In this document: positions 26,952 through 36,904 of the stretch, one piece after another | How positions within the stretch are numbered: position 1 is the first letter of the stretch | Layout: each line of letters starts with the position of its first letter | Origin: a virus | Taxonomy: Duplodnaviria > Caudoviricetes | IMG/VR virus record: IMGVR_UViG_3300013121_000019 | Coordinates: 32,001 to 96,000 of that record | Length of the DNA: 64,000 bases | Reading direction: 5' to 3' (one strand) | The notes under the pieces: generated by a model | The model's database searches: none | Seen by the model: the letters and a program-made list of their open reading frames with translations, nothing else | Told to the model about the DNA's origin: nothing | Position numbers and translations under genes: made by a program

Positions 26952-28780
26952 CCGACAGAATCTCCTGTTGATTGGAAAGGAAACCGCCTAGGGTGGTACC
27001 GCAGCCGGTTGAGCAGGTCCCAGTCGATCTCCTGTTGGTTCTGTTCTCTGGTCGGGGCAAACCAGTACAGGGTCGGGACATCGACCAGGACCGTGTTGAT
27101 CATCGCCCAGACAGGACGATCTTCTGTCCCTGGTTGATGCTGCGACAGCCACTGGCGGCACCGAGCCACGTTGTCGCGGAACTCGAAGAACGTCGCCCGC
27201 AGACGCCCGTGGAGCGACGGAACGACCCGGACCGTCATGGGGTCGACTACCCGGTAGATGGACGAATCTGTGCCGGTTGGTACCGCTTCAACCACCGGAG
27301 CCGTCGGCTGTTCGAGTAGCCGCTGCTTCAGCCACTGCATCTCCTCCCGTACTTGGTCGGCCTGTTGGTCCTTCAGCTTCAGTAGCCGCTGAAGCTGATG
27401 GTTCTCCGACAAGTACCGCTCGGTATCGGAAACCGCCAGGTCGAGTGCAGCCTTGGTGACCCCCATCTTCACCTGAAGCTGCTCGAGCTGAGTGGTGAAC
27501 CGACCCTTGTCCTGGACCCACTGGGCCTGCTGGGTTGAGTGCTGATGTTCCTGATCATCGATGCGCTTGAGCAGCTGCTCCTTCTCGGACCGCAGGGCAT
27601 CACGGTCCGACGTGATGATCACGATGTCCTGACGCAGGCTCTCGATGGTCGCGCAGTGGCTGCTGGCTTGCGCCTCGAGCGCACTCTCCACATTCTGAAC
27701 ATGCAGGTCATGCGCATCATTGAGGAACTTGATCTCCTTGTGGGCGGTGGCGAGCTCCTCTTCGAGCTTCGTGGTCTTCTGCTCGAGCAGCTCCTTGTTC
27801 GTCCTGAGCTCGACGTTGATCCCATCGAGGGTCTGCATGCCCTCGTTGAGCGCGTCGTTACGCCGCGAGAGGACCACGTTGTCCTCCCGCATGGTTGCGA
27901 TCTGGTCGTCACGCTGACCCAGGGCGTCGTTCAGCTTGTTCAGCTGCCCTGCGAGCCCATCGATCTGCAGACGTTGCTGATCGAGACTCTTGTCACACCC
28001 CTCGGTGCACTCCTTGAGCTGCCGCTGCAGGTCCGACACCCGAACGGCCAGGCTGGATTTTGTCACCGACAGCGCGTGCTTGTCGGAGTGTAGCCCTTCG
28101 ATTTGCAGATTCAACGATTTGATGGTCGTGCGGTCATGCCCCGCTTGGTCCTTCAGCTGCCGCAGCTCGCCTTCGAGCCCGGCGATCTTGTGCCCTCGGG
28201 CATCGCACTCCGCCTGGAGCTCGTCGTACCAGCCTCTGAGGGACTTGATCTCGTCGTTGTCCGCCTGGGTGGCGATCTGCTCCTCGGCGAACGCCTCTGC
28301 GGCCCGCTCGAGGTGACCGGTCAGCTCACCGATGCGGGCATCCTTCTGGTTGATGGTGGCCTGCAGGGCGCTGACCTTCTCTTCGAGATCCCGGTACTGC
28401 TTGCCGACGCACACACCCGCCGTCCGCAGGGCGTTGTGCTCACGCTTCTCGTCAGCCAGCTCGCGCTCCAGCGCCTTGATTCGGTCGGCCGCCTCGGTCG
28501 GCATCACCGTGGCATCAGGGTCGAACGGATCACTGGTGATGTTGATCTTGCCATCGGCGATCTTGTGGAGCGCCGTGGCGATCTCGTCTTGTGCGTCGAC
28601 TTGTGCCCGCTGCGTCTCCAGCTGCTCCCGCAGGGACAGCTGACGGATCAGCTGGTCACGCACCGGCAAGAGGTTCTTGGCCTTCTCGACGTCGGTGGTG
28701 AACTCGGCGTTGATCTTCTCCAGCAGCTTCTCGGACTGCTCGAACGCGTCTTCGAGTGATCGGCAGATCTTGGTGATCAT
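26948..28780 (-). CDS. long coiled-coil protein
   Basis: 610 aa, heptad-rich, no ATPase motifs seen. Confidence 0.75.
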   Translation of the reverse strand: MITKICRSLEDAFEQSEKLLEKINAEFTTDVEKAKNLLPVRDQLIRQLSLREQLETQRAQVDAQDEIATALHKIADGKINITSDPFDPDATVMPTEAADRIKALERELADEKREHNALRTAGVCVGKQYRDLEEKVSALQATINQKDARIGELTGHLERAAEAFAEEQIATQADNDEIKSLRGWYDELQAECDARGHKIAGLEGELRQLKDQAGHDRTTIKSLNLQIEGLHSDKHALSVTKSSLAVRVSDLQRQLKECTEGCDKSLDQQRLQIDGLAGQLNKLNDALGQRDDQIATMREDNVVLSRRNDALNEGMQTLDGINVELRTNKELLEQKTTKLEEELATAHKEIKFLNDAHDLHVQNVESALEAQASSHCATIESLRQDIVIITSDRDALRSEKEQLLKRIDDQEHQHSTQQAQWVQDKGRFTTQLEQLQVKMGVTKAALDLAVSDTERYLSENHQLQRLLKLKDQQADQVREEMQWLKQRLLEQPTAPVVEAVPTGTDSSIYRVVDPMTVRVVPSLHGRLRATFFEFRDNVARCRQWLSQHQPGTEDRPVWAMINTVLVDVPTLYWFAPTREQNQQEIDWDLLNRLRYHPRRFPFQSTGDSVG

Positions 28781-28789
28781 TGTGCCCCT

Positions 28790-29302
28790 TCAGGTGTTGG
28801 TGTTGCCGACGGCCAGTGCGCGTAGCTCATGCTGAAGAGACGCGACCTGCTGTTCCAGTGCCGTGATGCGCTCCTCGTTGGCTCTCGTCTGCGCAAGAGA
28901 GCGGGCGATGTCGACGGCGTGGCCCTCCAGGGTGCCCTGCATGGCCTTCAGGAGCGCGATGATCCGATGGATGTTCTTCCGATGCTTGGTCATCGTGTCT
29001 TTGGCCAGATTGAGCGCCGTGACGACGTCATCCAGCGTGGACTCGTGCGCATCGGCCATCTCGTTGGCCCGCGACGCCACCGCAGTGGTGACGAGTGTCA
29101 TGAGCCGCCACATGCCGGTCTGGGGACCAGCAGGATTCTTCTTGACCTTCTCGAACGCCTTGACCACCAGCGGCATGGTGCCGTCGGCGAAGTCGTACAG
29201 CGCCTGAACGTTGTCGGCGCTCATCGCCCGGTCGAACATCTCGAACAGCAGTGCGTCGGTGAACTGATCCACCATCACGATCGGCTTCTTGTTGACCTTC
29301 AC
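28790..29302 (-). CDS. hypothetical coiled-coil protein
   Basis: 170 aa, AGGAG RBS. Confidence 0.65.
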   Translation of the reverse strand: MKVNKKPIVMVDQFTDALLFEMFDRAMSADNVQALYDFADGTMPLVVKAFEKVKKNPAGPQTGMWRLMTLVTTAVASRANEMADAHESTLDDVVTALNLAKDTMTKHRKNIHRIIALLKAMQGTLEGHAVDIARSLAQTRANEERITALEQQVASLQHELRALAVGNTNT

Positions 29303-29303
29303 G

Positions 29304-29582
29304 TCAGTTCTCCTCGGATTCGTTGGTGACTTCGATGTACGCCCACACGGGGTGCTCTGCTGGAAAGATCCCGCTCAGCAGTTGGTGCACCTCGTTCCCC
29401 TCGACGTTGTCCATCCGGATCTCGGCGTAGTTCCCCTTGAGGATCGCGCCCAGCAGGTAGACCATCATGGTGCCGAGCGGCCCTTCGAACGTATCGGTGG
29501 CCTCGAGTGCCTCCTGGTAGACGCGGCGGGCCAGCTGTGCCCGACGAAGGAACGCCCAATCGACTCTGTTACGACCTGTCAC
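29304..29582 (-). CDS. hypothetical protein
   Basis: GGAGG RBS then GTG 29582; the longer track ORF is an out-of-frame shadow of the upstream gene. Confidence 0.5.
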   Translation of the reverse strand: MTGRNRVDWAFLRRAQLARRVYQEALEATDTFEGPLGTMMVYLLGAILKGNYAEIRMDNVEGNEVHQLLSGIFPAEHPVWAYIEVTNESEEN

Positions 29583-29600
29583 ATAGACCTCCAAAACGCA

Positions 29601-29630
29601 GAAGGGCGGCCCCCGTGGGGACCGCCCTTC
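29601..29630 (-). terminator. probable terminator hairpin
   Basis: GAAGGGCGG...CCGCCCTTC inverted repeat downstream of the basic protein gene. Confidence 0.6.
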
Positions 29631-29650
29631 AGTACTGCCTCGAGGGAGTG

Positions 29651-29902
29651 CTACGCCTGGAGCGCAGACTGCACCGCCTTGAGGGCCTTGTCGACGCGCT
29701 TGCCCGTGTCCTTGTCGCCCTTGATCTCGGCGCGCCCCTGGATGCGGGTGAGCTTGTCGGCGATGCCGTTGAGCATCTTCTGCGCCGTCACGAACTGGTT
29801 CGCCGGCGTGCGCTCCGCCTTGCGGCCGACGCCCTCGCCCGTCTTCGCAGCCTTCTTCGCCGTCTTCTTCGCGGCCTTCTTCGCCCCGGTCTTGCCTGCC
29901 AT
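29651..29902 (-). CDS. small Lys/Ala-rich (histone H1-like) basic protein
   Basis: AAGGAG RBS; MAGKTGAKKAAKKTAKKAAKTG. Confidence 0.7.
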   Translation of the reverse strand: MAGKTGAKKAAKKTAKKAAKTGEGVGRKAERTPANQFVTAQKMLNGIADKLTRIQGRAEIKGDKDTGKRVDKALKAVQSALQA

Positions 29903-29991
29903 GAGAGTGCTCCTTGTGAGTCGTTGCAACCGAATTGGTCGCTGCAGAAGTGACCATAACCGCAAGGATCGACCTCTGCAAGAAAGATTTG

Positions 29992-30663
29992 TCATCGGGA
30001 CGAACTATTTTTCGTGAGCCGGTAGGACCGGCGATGGATCGGGCAGGGTCCGAGCTTCTCCAACCCCTCGTAGTGCTCCTTCGACCCGTAGCCCATGTTT
30101 CGCTCGAACCCGTAACCAGGGTACCGCTGGCTGAACTGGATCATCAGCGCGTCGCGTCGGTCCTTGGCCAGGATCGAAGCCAGCATGATGGCCGGCACGA
30201 ACGTGTCGCCCTCGATGATCGACTTGATGTCGTGGCCGAGCTCCAGGTCGCCATCGGCCATGAGCTCCACGGCGGGCGGCGGAGACCCGACGTACTGTTT
30301 GAGACGCCTGTGCACGTCCTTCAGCACGTCCACGTGCATGTCGCCTATCAGCTTGTGCGGATTGCGTATGATGTCGATTTGCTTCGAATCCGCCAACGTG
30401 AAGCACGTCAACGGGTTCGGTTCGAACTCGACGAACGCGTCCATGATGGCTCGACGCTTCGGGATGGCGACCTTGGGTGCTCCAAAGCCCTTGGAGTCCC
30501 GGAGGGCAGCCCACTCCCAGTCCTCCGGTACCGCCACGGCCGCCACGCAGTAGGGGCCCGCCAGGGCCCCGTACCCGACCTCATCGGAGCCGATGACCCA
30601 GTGGTGGTCCTGGGATGAGAACTTCCTGCTAGGGCTCGGTAGGGGTTTGGGCTGGCGGGCCAA
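29992..30663 (-). CDS. rnhB: ribonuclease HII
   Basis: GSDEVGYGALAGP, LRDSK, ADG, GD...AIMLASILAK..RD, YPGYGF..NMGYGSKEH, GPCPIHRRSY; exact start uncertain. Confidence 0.9.
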   Translation of the reverse strand: MARQPKPLPSPSRKFSSQDHHWVIGSDEVGYGALAGPYCVAAVAVPEDWEWAALRDSKGFGAPKVAIPKRRAIMDAFVEFEPNPLTCFTLADSKQIDIIRNPHKLIGDMHVDVLKDVHRRLKQYVGSPPPAVELMADGDLELGHDIKSIIEGDTFVPAIMLASILAKDRRDALMIQFSQRYPGYGFERNMGYGSKEHYEGLEKLGPCPIHRRSYRLTKNSSSR

Positions 30664-30824
30664 AGGTCTGCCTGATCTTGTCGGCGAGCTCGAGTAGCTC
30701 TTCGCGTGTCAGCACGTTCAGCACCTCGAGGTCGTACACCGGCTCGAGTGTGTGCCTGGACCGAAACTCATCCAGCCGAATGCTGGCGGCTTCACTCTCT
30801 AGTTGGATCAACGCCATCGTCACC

Positions 30825-31196
30825 TCATCCGAAGTACGCACCGTAGGGGGTCCAGCCGACCAGCTGCCCGGGGTCGGCCGTCACCAGGACCGTCACGGGC
30901 CTGCGGGCGACGCGAGCCAGCAGGGCGTCGACGTCGCTCTTGATGATGGGCCGATCGAGCTCGAGCAGCTCACGGAGCTCGGGCGGCCACTTCTCGGGGA
31001 AGTTGGTCGAGGGCGGCAACGGTGTCCCTGCCTCCTGCCACTGCACCCACAGGGTGTAGCGGTGGATGCCGTTGCGATCCTCGATTGCGCGGATGTACGT
31101 GTCGATGGCCCTGGCTCGGTCGGGTGTGTCGGCACCAAACCGAGCCATCGAGGCCATCGCACGAAACTCGTCAGGGGTCAGCTGGATGTTGGGCAT
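30825..31196 (-). CDS. hypothetical protein
   Basis: 123 aa, protein-like. Confidence 0.6.
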   Translation of the reverse strand: MPNIQLTPDEFRAMASMARFGADTPDRARAIDTYIRAIEDRNGIHRYTLWVQWQEAGTPLPPSTNFPEKWPPELRELLELDRPIIKSDVDALLARVARRPVTVLVTADPGQLVGWTPYGAYFG

Positions 31197-31271
31197 CCGC
31201 TGAGGTTACTTCGCTAGGTCGCTCTCGGGAATAGACCGCTACTTTTGACGCTTCCACGGTGGAACGTCCGC

Positions 31272-32123
31272 CTAGGCATCATCGTACGGCCGCAGATTGC
31301 CCTGATCGATATCCCGCTGGACTTCCTTCTTCAGCTCCTCGATCCGCATCAGGCGGTCCACCTGCGCGTGCAGCACCTCGATCGTGGACGTGTTGCTGAT
31401 GAGTCGCTGGAACGTGCTGTCGGGGCAATCCAGACCCTTCTCGGAGGTATGCTGGGCCGCCTGGCCCTCGAGACCACCGCGCCCCTGCACCCACCAGAGC
31501 TGCCCGCCTGCTGCGCGGATGGCCTGGCCCTCGTTGCCAGCTGGCCAACGAACGTCGGCGATCACCACGCCCTTGACCGACGGGTAACCGGGCACCAGCC
31601 CCTCCCGCTGGTTGTACCGGCAGCCGCCCGCCAGCAGCTTCTTGGCGGTGCTGACGGCCAGCCGTGTCCAGGTGTCTGGGTAGATCAGACGCCCGACCTC
31701 GGTCCCGATGATCTGGAACGCGTGGCGTGGCGTCAGGAAGGGCTGCTCTAGGTCTAGGTTCTCGAGCGAGCACGCCACCAAGACGTCGTAGTCTCCATCG
31801 AACAGAACGTGTGCCATCGGATGCTTTCTGTTCTCCAACAGCATCTCACGGATGGTGCCGTGGTGCTCGTGCAGATGCCCCTTCGGGCCGCGACGATAGA
31901 TGACCCGCTCACCCACCAGACCCCGCACACCCACCGGGTAGCGCTCGTCGGGCTTGTCCTTGTCCTGCCCCCAGACCTGCTCGTCGGTGAACCCGTACCA
32001 CGCCTGTGCTGCCCGCTTGATCGGGTCGGCGAGGTTGACCTTCACGAACTCGTAGTTCTTGACCAGGTGGTCGGCGACCGTGTCTTTACCGGATCTGGCG
32101 ACTCCTGCGATCCCGATGATCAT
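31272..32123 (-). CDS. deoxynucleoside monophosphate kinase
   Basis: MIIGIAGVARSGKDTVA P-loop; LADPIK; TPR..FQ.IGTEVGR; IADVRW..NE; HTSE. Confidence 0.85.
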   Translation of the reverse strand: MIIGIAGVARSGKDTVADHLVKNYEFVKVNLADPIKRAAQAWYGFTDEQVWGQDKDKPDERYPVGVRGLVGERVIYRRGPKGHLHEHHGTIREMLLENRKHPMAHVLFDGDYDVLVACSLENLDLEQPFLTPRHAFQIIGTEVGRLIYPDTWTRLAVSTAKKLLAGGCRYNQREGLVPGYPSVKGVVIADVRWPAGNEGQAIRAAGGQLWWVQGRGGLEGQAAQHTSEKGLDCPDSTFQRLISNTSTIEVLHAQVDRLMRIEELKKEVQRDIDQGNLRPYDDA

Positions 32124-32298
32124 GTGTCCTCCCGGGCGTCGATGATGCCGTACTCCGTGACGACCGCACCTAGCTCGCCCTCTTCCTTGGTGACGTGCTC
32201 GACGCGAAAGTCGGTATTGGTGTTACCCAGACAGAGCCCACTGACTTCGGTGTCGTCGGGTACCTGCACGTGTAGCTCGACCGTCATGATGACTTTCT

Positions 32299-32586
32299 TC
32301 ACCTCTGCTCCCCTGTGTCGAACCGATACTCGGCCGCGACCTCGCCATTCTGCAGAATTGCGAAGCCTCCGTCGGTGGCACGGAACTTCGCCTTGCTGAG
32401 CGGCAAGAAGCTCTCGGCTCCCTTGTGCACGTGATCCGGGTCTTCGACGCGCAGCACAATGCCGCCGTTACGTGGACGTTGGATCGTCCTGAGGCTCGGG
32501 TTGCACGGACCGAGCATGTTGCGGATCAGGTACAGCCTGGTACCGATCGGTAGGCGCTTCAGATCCGCAATGTTCTTGACCTGCAT
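32299..32586 (-). CDS. hypothetical protein
   Basis: GGAGG RBS; 95 aa. Confidence 0.55.
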   Translation of the reverse strand: MQVKNIADLKRLPIGTRLYLIRNMLGPCNPSLRTIQRPRNGGIVLRVEDPDHVHKGAESFLPLSKAKFRATDGGFAILQNGEVAAEYRFDTGEQR

Positions 32587-32957
32587 GTCGTTCCTCCGGT
32601 GGCTTGTCGGCCGCCACCAACTTGCTCAGATCGTTGATCGTCATGAAGCCTAGAGCCCACAGGGCTCCGTGCACGAAACCAGTCCACGCCCTGGCCTTGG
32701 CCACGCTGCCGTCCTTGAGCAGTTCCTGCAGCATCCAGACGAGATGGCGAAGGCGTCGAGACAGAGGCATGTCGAGCTCGCCTGGGTCTGCGCGCTGCCC
32801 AATATCCCAGCCACTATCGGCAAACTGTCTGAGCAGCGCGCGTACCAGCAGCATTGCCTGTGTCTTATCGGATGTCATCCCATGCAGCACAGGCGGATGT
32901 ACACCATGGTGGCCAGCACCAAGATCGTCACCAGCACGAGCTCCCACTCATGTCGTG

Positions 32958-33284
32958 CTACTCGTGCCATTTTGCGAAACCCAGGCTAGTGAGTCGATTG
33001 TCGAGCGCAGCAAGCCCGTCGTCGTCCTCGATGGCCAGCAGCTCCGCCACACGGGACTTGAGATCCTCAAAAGACCAATCGCAGCAGTAGACTACACCAA
33101 CGTCGTCCAGCTCCACCCGACGCTCGTCTCCGTTGCTGTCGCGGATGACCGCGCAGATGTAGACATGGTCGTCAGCGTCGTCGACGTCCAGCGACTGCGC
33201 TATGCACGTCTGTAGGCCGACTCGCTTGATGATGTCGCTGCCAAACTCTCCGATGAACAGGTTCTGGTAGTGCTTTCGGCTCAT
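32958..33284 (-). CDS. hypothetical protein
   Basis: 108 aa, TGATG-coupled to the upstream gene. Confidence 0.55.
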   Translation of the reverse strand: MSRKHYQNLFIGEFGSDIIKRVGLQTCIAQSLDVDDADDHVYICAVIRDSNGDERRVELDDVGVVYCCDWSFEDLKSRVAELLAIEDDDGLAALDNRLTSLGFAKWHE

Positions 33285-34240
33285 CAGTCCACCTTCGCTC
33301 TCTTGCCATCGGCGGTCGGCATGCCCCAGCTGCCGTCGGCGAGGTTGCGGACCACACGATGCCAGACCTTGCCTAGCTGCAAGGTACCGTGGTCAGAATC
33401 ACGGATCGGACCACGCACGTACACACGCCCCTGCCAGAGCACCATCCGGTGCGCCACATGTCGACGCTCACGGCCAGCGAGCGGCGCGGTTGCCTGATAC
33501 TCGGCTGTGTCGCTGAGGATCGGCAGGCTGCTCATCATCGCTGCCTTGCTGGTGAAGTTCTCCGCTACCGGCACGAAGAACCACTCACCCTGTCGAGGCG
33601 TGTCGGCCGGCACATCCTTGGGCCGCAGAGCAGCCAAGGCCGCATCGACCGTACGGGGCTTTCGATGTTTCGGCAGACGCGCAAGGTAGAAGTTGCGCCG
33701 CGCAGGGTCATCGTTGCGGTCGAGCCCGCACACGTACATGCGGTCCTGGTAGCGGAACAGCGTCTCACCGAGGAAGTGCACCTGATACGGGTACGGGACC
33801 TTGGTGTACTTGGACTTGCGGTACTTCGTGATCTCGCGGTCCGGCGTCGTGTTGACGACCTCGATGTTCTGCAGATCGCGATCCGGGATTCCGGCCAGGT
33901 TGAGTGCAGCGAACGGCACCGTGAAGTGCCTGATGCCGCCGCTTCGTAGCTCCATCCGCAGCGCCCAGGTATGCTCACGCGTCGACTTGGTGGGCCCTTC
34001 GTCGCCGTTCAGCAGCACCACGGTCTTCCCCTTGTAGAGCTGTCGCACGGCCACCGGCCACGTCTCGTACGACAGCATGGTGCCGACGCCACTGTCCAGT
34101 CGGTAGCTCAGCCGTAGCGCGCCAGGGCGAGTCAGCGTGCCCCACGCACCACGTCCGTTCTTGCGTGTCTTGGTGCACATGTTGATCGGCAGATCGGCAC
34201 CGAGAATGAATGCTGTGCAGATGAACCTGTCGTTCTTCAT
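33284..34240 (-). CDS. hypothetical phage protein (RQGEWFF motif)
   Basis: 318 aa downstream of the promoter motif at 34265-34273 and an AAGGAG RBS. Confidence 0.7.
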   Translation of the reverse strand: MKNDRFICTAFILGADLPINMCTKTRKNGRGAWGTLTRPGALRLSYRLDSGVGTMLSYETWPVAVRQLYKGKTVVLLNGDEGPTKSTREHTWALRMELRSGGIRHFTVPFAALNLAGIPDRDLQNIEVVNTTPDREITKYRKSKYTKVPYPYQVHFLGETLFRYQDRMYVCGLDRNDDPARRNFYLARLPKHRKPRTVDAALAALRPKDVPADTPRQGEWFFVPVAENFTSKAAMMSSLPILSDTAEYQATAPLAGRERRHVAHRMVLWQGRVYVRGPIRDSDHGTLQLGKVWHRVVRNLADGSWGMPTADGKRAKVD

Positions 34241-34264
34241 GAGATAGGAGTCTCCTTCAAGGTG

Positions 34265-34273
34265 CTTATGCCG
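34265..34273 (-). promoter_or_regulatory. putative phage promoter CGGCATAAG
   Basis: Recurring intergenic motif, just downstream of a hairpin plus CACTAG. Confidence 0.6.
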
Positions 34274-34327
34274 TGAAACCCAACGAAGTTGGTGCTAGTG
34301 GAAAGGGGACGTCCCCCTTCCACGGCA

Positions 34328-34615
34328 CTACTGATCGTTGACCCAGATTTCGATGATGTCGGCCACGGCCTGGTAATGGCCAGCGGACCCTAACGTCGGC
34401 TCCGGGCCTTTGCCAGCGGCACACGCGGCCGCACACTCGGATGCGATTCTGGCCAGTCTGCGCAGCATGCTGAAGTTTCCTTCGGTCGCGTACACCGTGG
34501 CACGCTCACGAAACCACATCAGAGGCTGCGTAGAATCTGGGTCCGTGTCGGCTGCCTGCTCGACGCGCTCGATGAGCTGCGTGTCGAGCTCTTCCACCGC
34601 GGCCGACAACCGCAT
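34328..34615 (-). CDS. hypothetical protein
   Basis: 95 aa, abuts the upstream stop. Confidence 0.55.
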   Translation of the reverse strand: MRLSAAVEELDTQLIERVEQAADTDPDSTQPLMWFRERATVYATEGNFSMLRRLARIASECAAACAAGKGPEPTLGSAGHYQAVADIIEIWVNDQ

Positions 34616-35311
34616 CTACTCGTCCTCCTCGTGCAGATCGCAGAGCGCCTCTGCCTCTTTTCGTGCATTCTCATAGTTCTGTGCGTGGACCGGATCGGAC
34701 ATCTCGTCCAGGTTCTTGAACACGCCGAACGACCCCAGCTGGATGCCCTTTTCGCGCGCGCGAGCGGCGCAATCCCGGTGATGCACGGGGTGGGACTTGT
34801 GTGCGGCGCACAGGGCCTCGCGCACGATGTCACCCGTGACGAACTTCTTCTGGCACACACGGCAGGACTCGTCGCGGCTCTCGACCGTCACCGTGTCCCT
34901 GGCCGGAACCGGCGCACGCACAGCGGTAAGAGACTCGTTCTCGGGCGGGATCAGTCGCTGCAGCACCCCGTTGTAGTCCGTCTCGATGACGGCGAAGACG
35001 CCTGCGTGCAGGAAATCGACGACGTAGTAGCTGCCAGGCTTATCCCCGCTCAGCACCATCATCTTGAGCACGGTGTCGCGCACGATGGTGCTGATGGCCA
35101 TGATGGACCCCATGTCGGGCCCCTGCGGACTCAGCGCGAACTCGTGCAGGATCCCGAAGATCACTGTCTCGATGCCACGATGACGCGACATCGCCTCGAG
35201 CTCACCGTCGGCGGCCAGTCGTACGCGAACGGCCGGCTTATCGGTTGACTTCTTCAGGTACTCGAGATCCTCGACGTCCCACGGATGAATATCGATCGGC
35301 TGTACGAGCAT
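34616..35311 (-). CDS. hypothetical protein with C-terminal Zn finger
   Basis: AGGAG RBS; CRVC...C..H...HHRDC. Confidence 0.65.
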   Translation of the reverse strand: MLVQPIDIHPWDVEDLEYLKKSTDKPAVRVRLAADGELEAMSRHRGIETVIFGILHEFALSPQGPDMGSIMAISTIVRDTVLKMMVLSGDKPGSYYVVDFLHAGVFAVIETDYNGVLQRLIPPENESLTAVRAPVPARDTVTVESRDESCRVCQKKFVTGDIVREALCAAHKSHPVHHRDCAARAREKGIQLGSFGVFKNLDEMSDPVHAQNYENARKEAEALCDLHEEDE

Positions 35312-35376
35312 ACGGTCTCCTAAACGACGAAGGGGCGCCGACGGCGCCCCTTCAGTGAACGGTGGGTGCGTGCTGA

Positions 35377-35850
35377 TCAGGTCAGCCTGCAGGGCGCGAA
35401 CATGCGGTCCGCGTTGTGCGTGATCTTGCCCTGCTTGGTGAGCGCCAGGGTAGCGCGTCGAATCTGCTCGATCGGGCGACCTAGTCGCTCCGCGAGCAGT
35501 TGGTTGTTGTGCGCGTAGTCTGCGGACGACACGATGACGTCCAGAACCTGCACACGAAGCGACACTGCGGTCACCATGAGCTCACCCACCGTGGGGCCAT
35601 CCACCGGGTACGCTTCCACGGCAGCCGGCGGGGTACGGACGACCTTCAGGTGCGGCTCCGGCTTCTTCTGAGTGGGCTTCCCTGCGGCTTGCTCCTGCAG
35701 ACGGTGCAGGATGCGCCCGACGGCGCGATGGATCGTGACGAGCTCCGTCAGGATCGAACGATCCTCGAGAACGGTCTTCGGGACCGACTTGAGCACGATG
35801 CTGCGCACGTCCTCGATGAACTGCTCGTGCGATTTGGGAAAACTGGACAT
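35377..35850 (-). CDS. protein with C-terminal winged-HTH-like segment
   Basis: AAGGAG RBS; NQLLAERLGRPIEQIRRATLALTKQGKI. Confidence 0.6.
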   Translation of the reverse strand: MSSFPKSHEQFIEDVRSIVLKSVPKTVLEDRSILTELVTIHRAVGRILHRLQEQAAGKPTQKKPEPHLKVVRTPPAAVEAYPVDGPTVGELMVTAVSLRVQVLDVIVSSADYAHNNQLLAERLGRPIEQIRRATLALTKQGKITHNADRMFAPCRLT

Positions 35851-36414
35851 GGTGAGCTCCTTGCAGGTGGAGACCCCACTGTACGCGGAGTCGCTACTCT
35901 TGTGAAGTGAAAACTTTCGCCAGCGGATCCGGGTTGATGTAAAGATGGTCCTCCTTTTCCCGGGACCACGTGAAAGAGCACTTAGCTCCGGCTTTGTCGG
36001 CCGTGATGACGTAGCCGTCGCACTGACCGGCGCCGGTGTTGGGGTTCATGCTCCAGACATGGCTGCCACAGCGCGGACATGTGAAGTCTCCGATGAGCCA
36101 GCTAGCCATCACAACCTCCTCTCCAGCACCTTGGCGATCACGGTGCGCATCAGCTGGCACGCCGTCATGCGCGGTGTCGGATGAGAAGAGCGCTCCGACG
36201 TGCCGAACACCATCGCTGGACTTACACAGTACTGCGTACTCTCCTTTCTGTTATTCCACAAAACCTCTACGATGAACGCGTTGTTGAGCGCAGGCTTGAT
36301 CACCACGTCATCCGCGTACGTGGCCACCTTGATGCGCTGAGCACGCTGCTGCATCGACCGTTGTAGCTTCAGCATCTGCTCGCTGACCATGCTGCGCATG
36401 TTACTGCAAGCACG

Positions 36415-36423
36415 CGGTATAAG
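36415..36423 (+). promoter_or_regulatory. putative phage promoter CGGTATAAG
   Basis: Recurring motif, ~20 nt upstream of ATG 36443. Confidence 0.55.
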
Positions 36424-36442
36424 GACACTGAAGGGAGTCTAC

Positions 36443-36904
36443 ATGACCAGTCGATCTAGCAGCATCGTGGAGTACGTGTCGTCGGAGCAGTTCATCTCCG
36501 ATGGCATCCTTCGCAGGTCAGAAGCGGTGCTCGAGGTAGCGGTCGAGCAGTACAACCACGGCAACCGAGGCAGCTTCGCGCTGCTGTGGCCAGGACGGGA
36601 GATCAAGTCCGACGACGGAGGATCGATCAACGACGTGCTGATCTTCCCGCGCCCCGGCGGTGTCGATCCTGTGAGGTGGATCAAGGATCACCTGCGGGCT
36701 GCCATCAAGAGAACGGCAGCCTACGCATTTCTCGATGTACACCGTGGCGGAGATGGGATGACGGCCTTCTTCGAGTCGCCGCACATCCGGCGCACGTGGG
36801 TCTACCGTGCGCGACGTGAGGGCGACGTGATGCTGCTCGGCAGCCCCGAAGTGGAGAACGGTTGTATGTACCATCTAATCAAGTTGCGAGGTCAGAATGG
36901 CTAG
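36443..36904 (+). CDS. hypothetical protein
   Basis: GGGAG RBS, ATG 36443. Confidence 0.6.
   Translation: MTSRSSSIVEYVSSEQFISDGILRRSEAVLEVAVEQYNHGNRGSFALLWPGREIKSDDGGSINDVLIFPRPGGVDPVRWIKDHLRAAIKRTAAYAFLDVHRGGDGMTAFFESPHIRRTWVYRARREGDVMLLGSPEVENGCMYHLIKLRGQNG

Noticed and set aside
26948-28780. SMC ATPase or tape measure protein
   Set aside because: Coiled coil only; no Walker motifs, and it is not in a tail-gene context.
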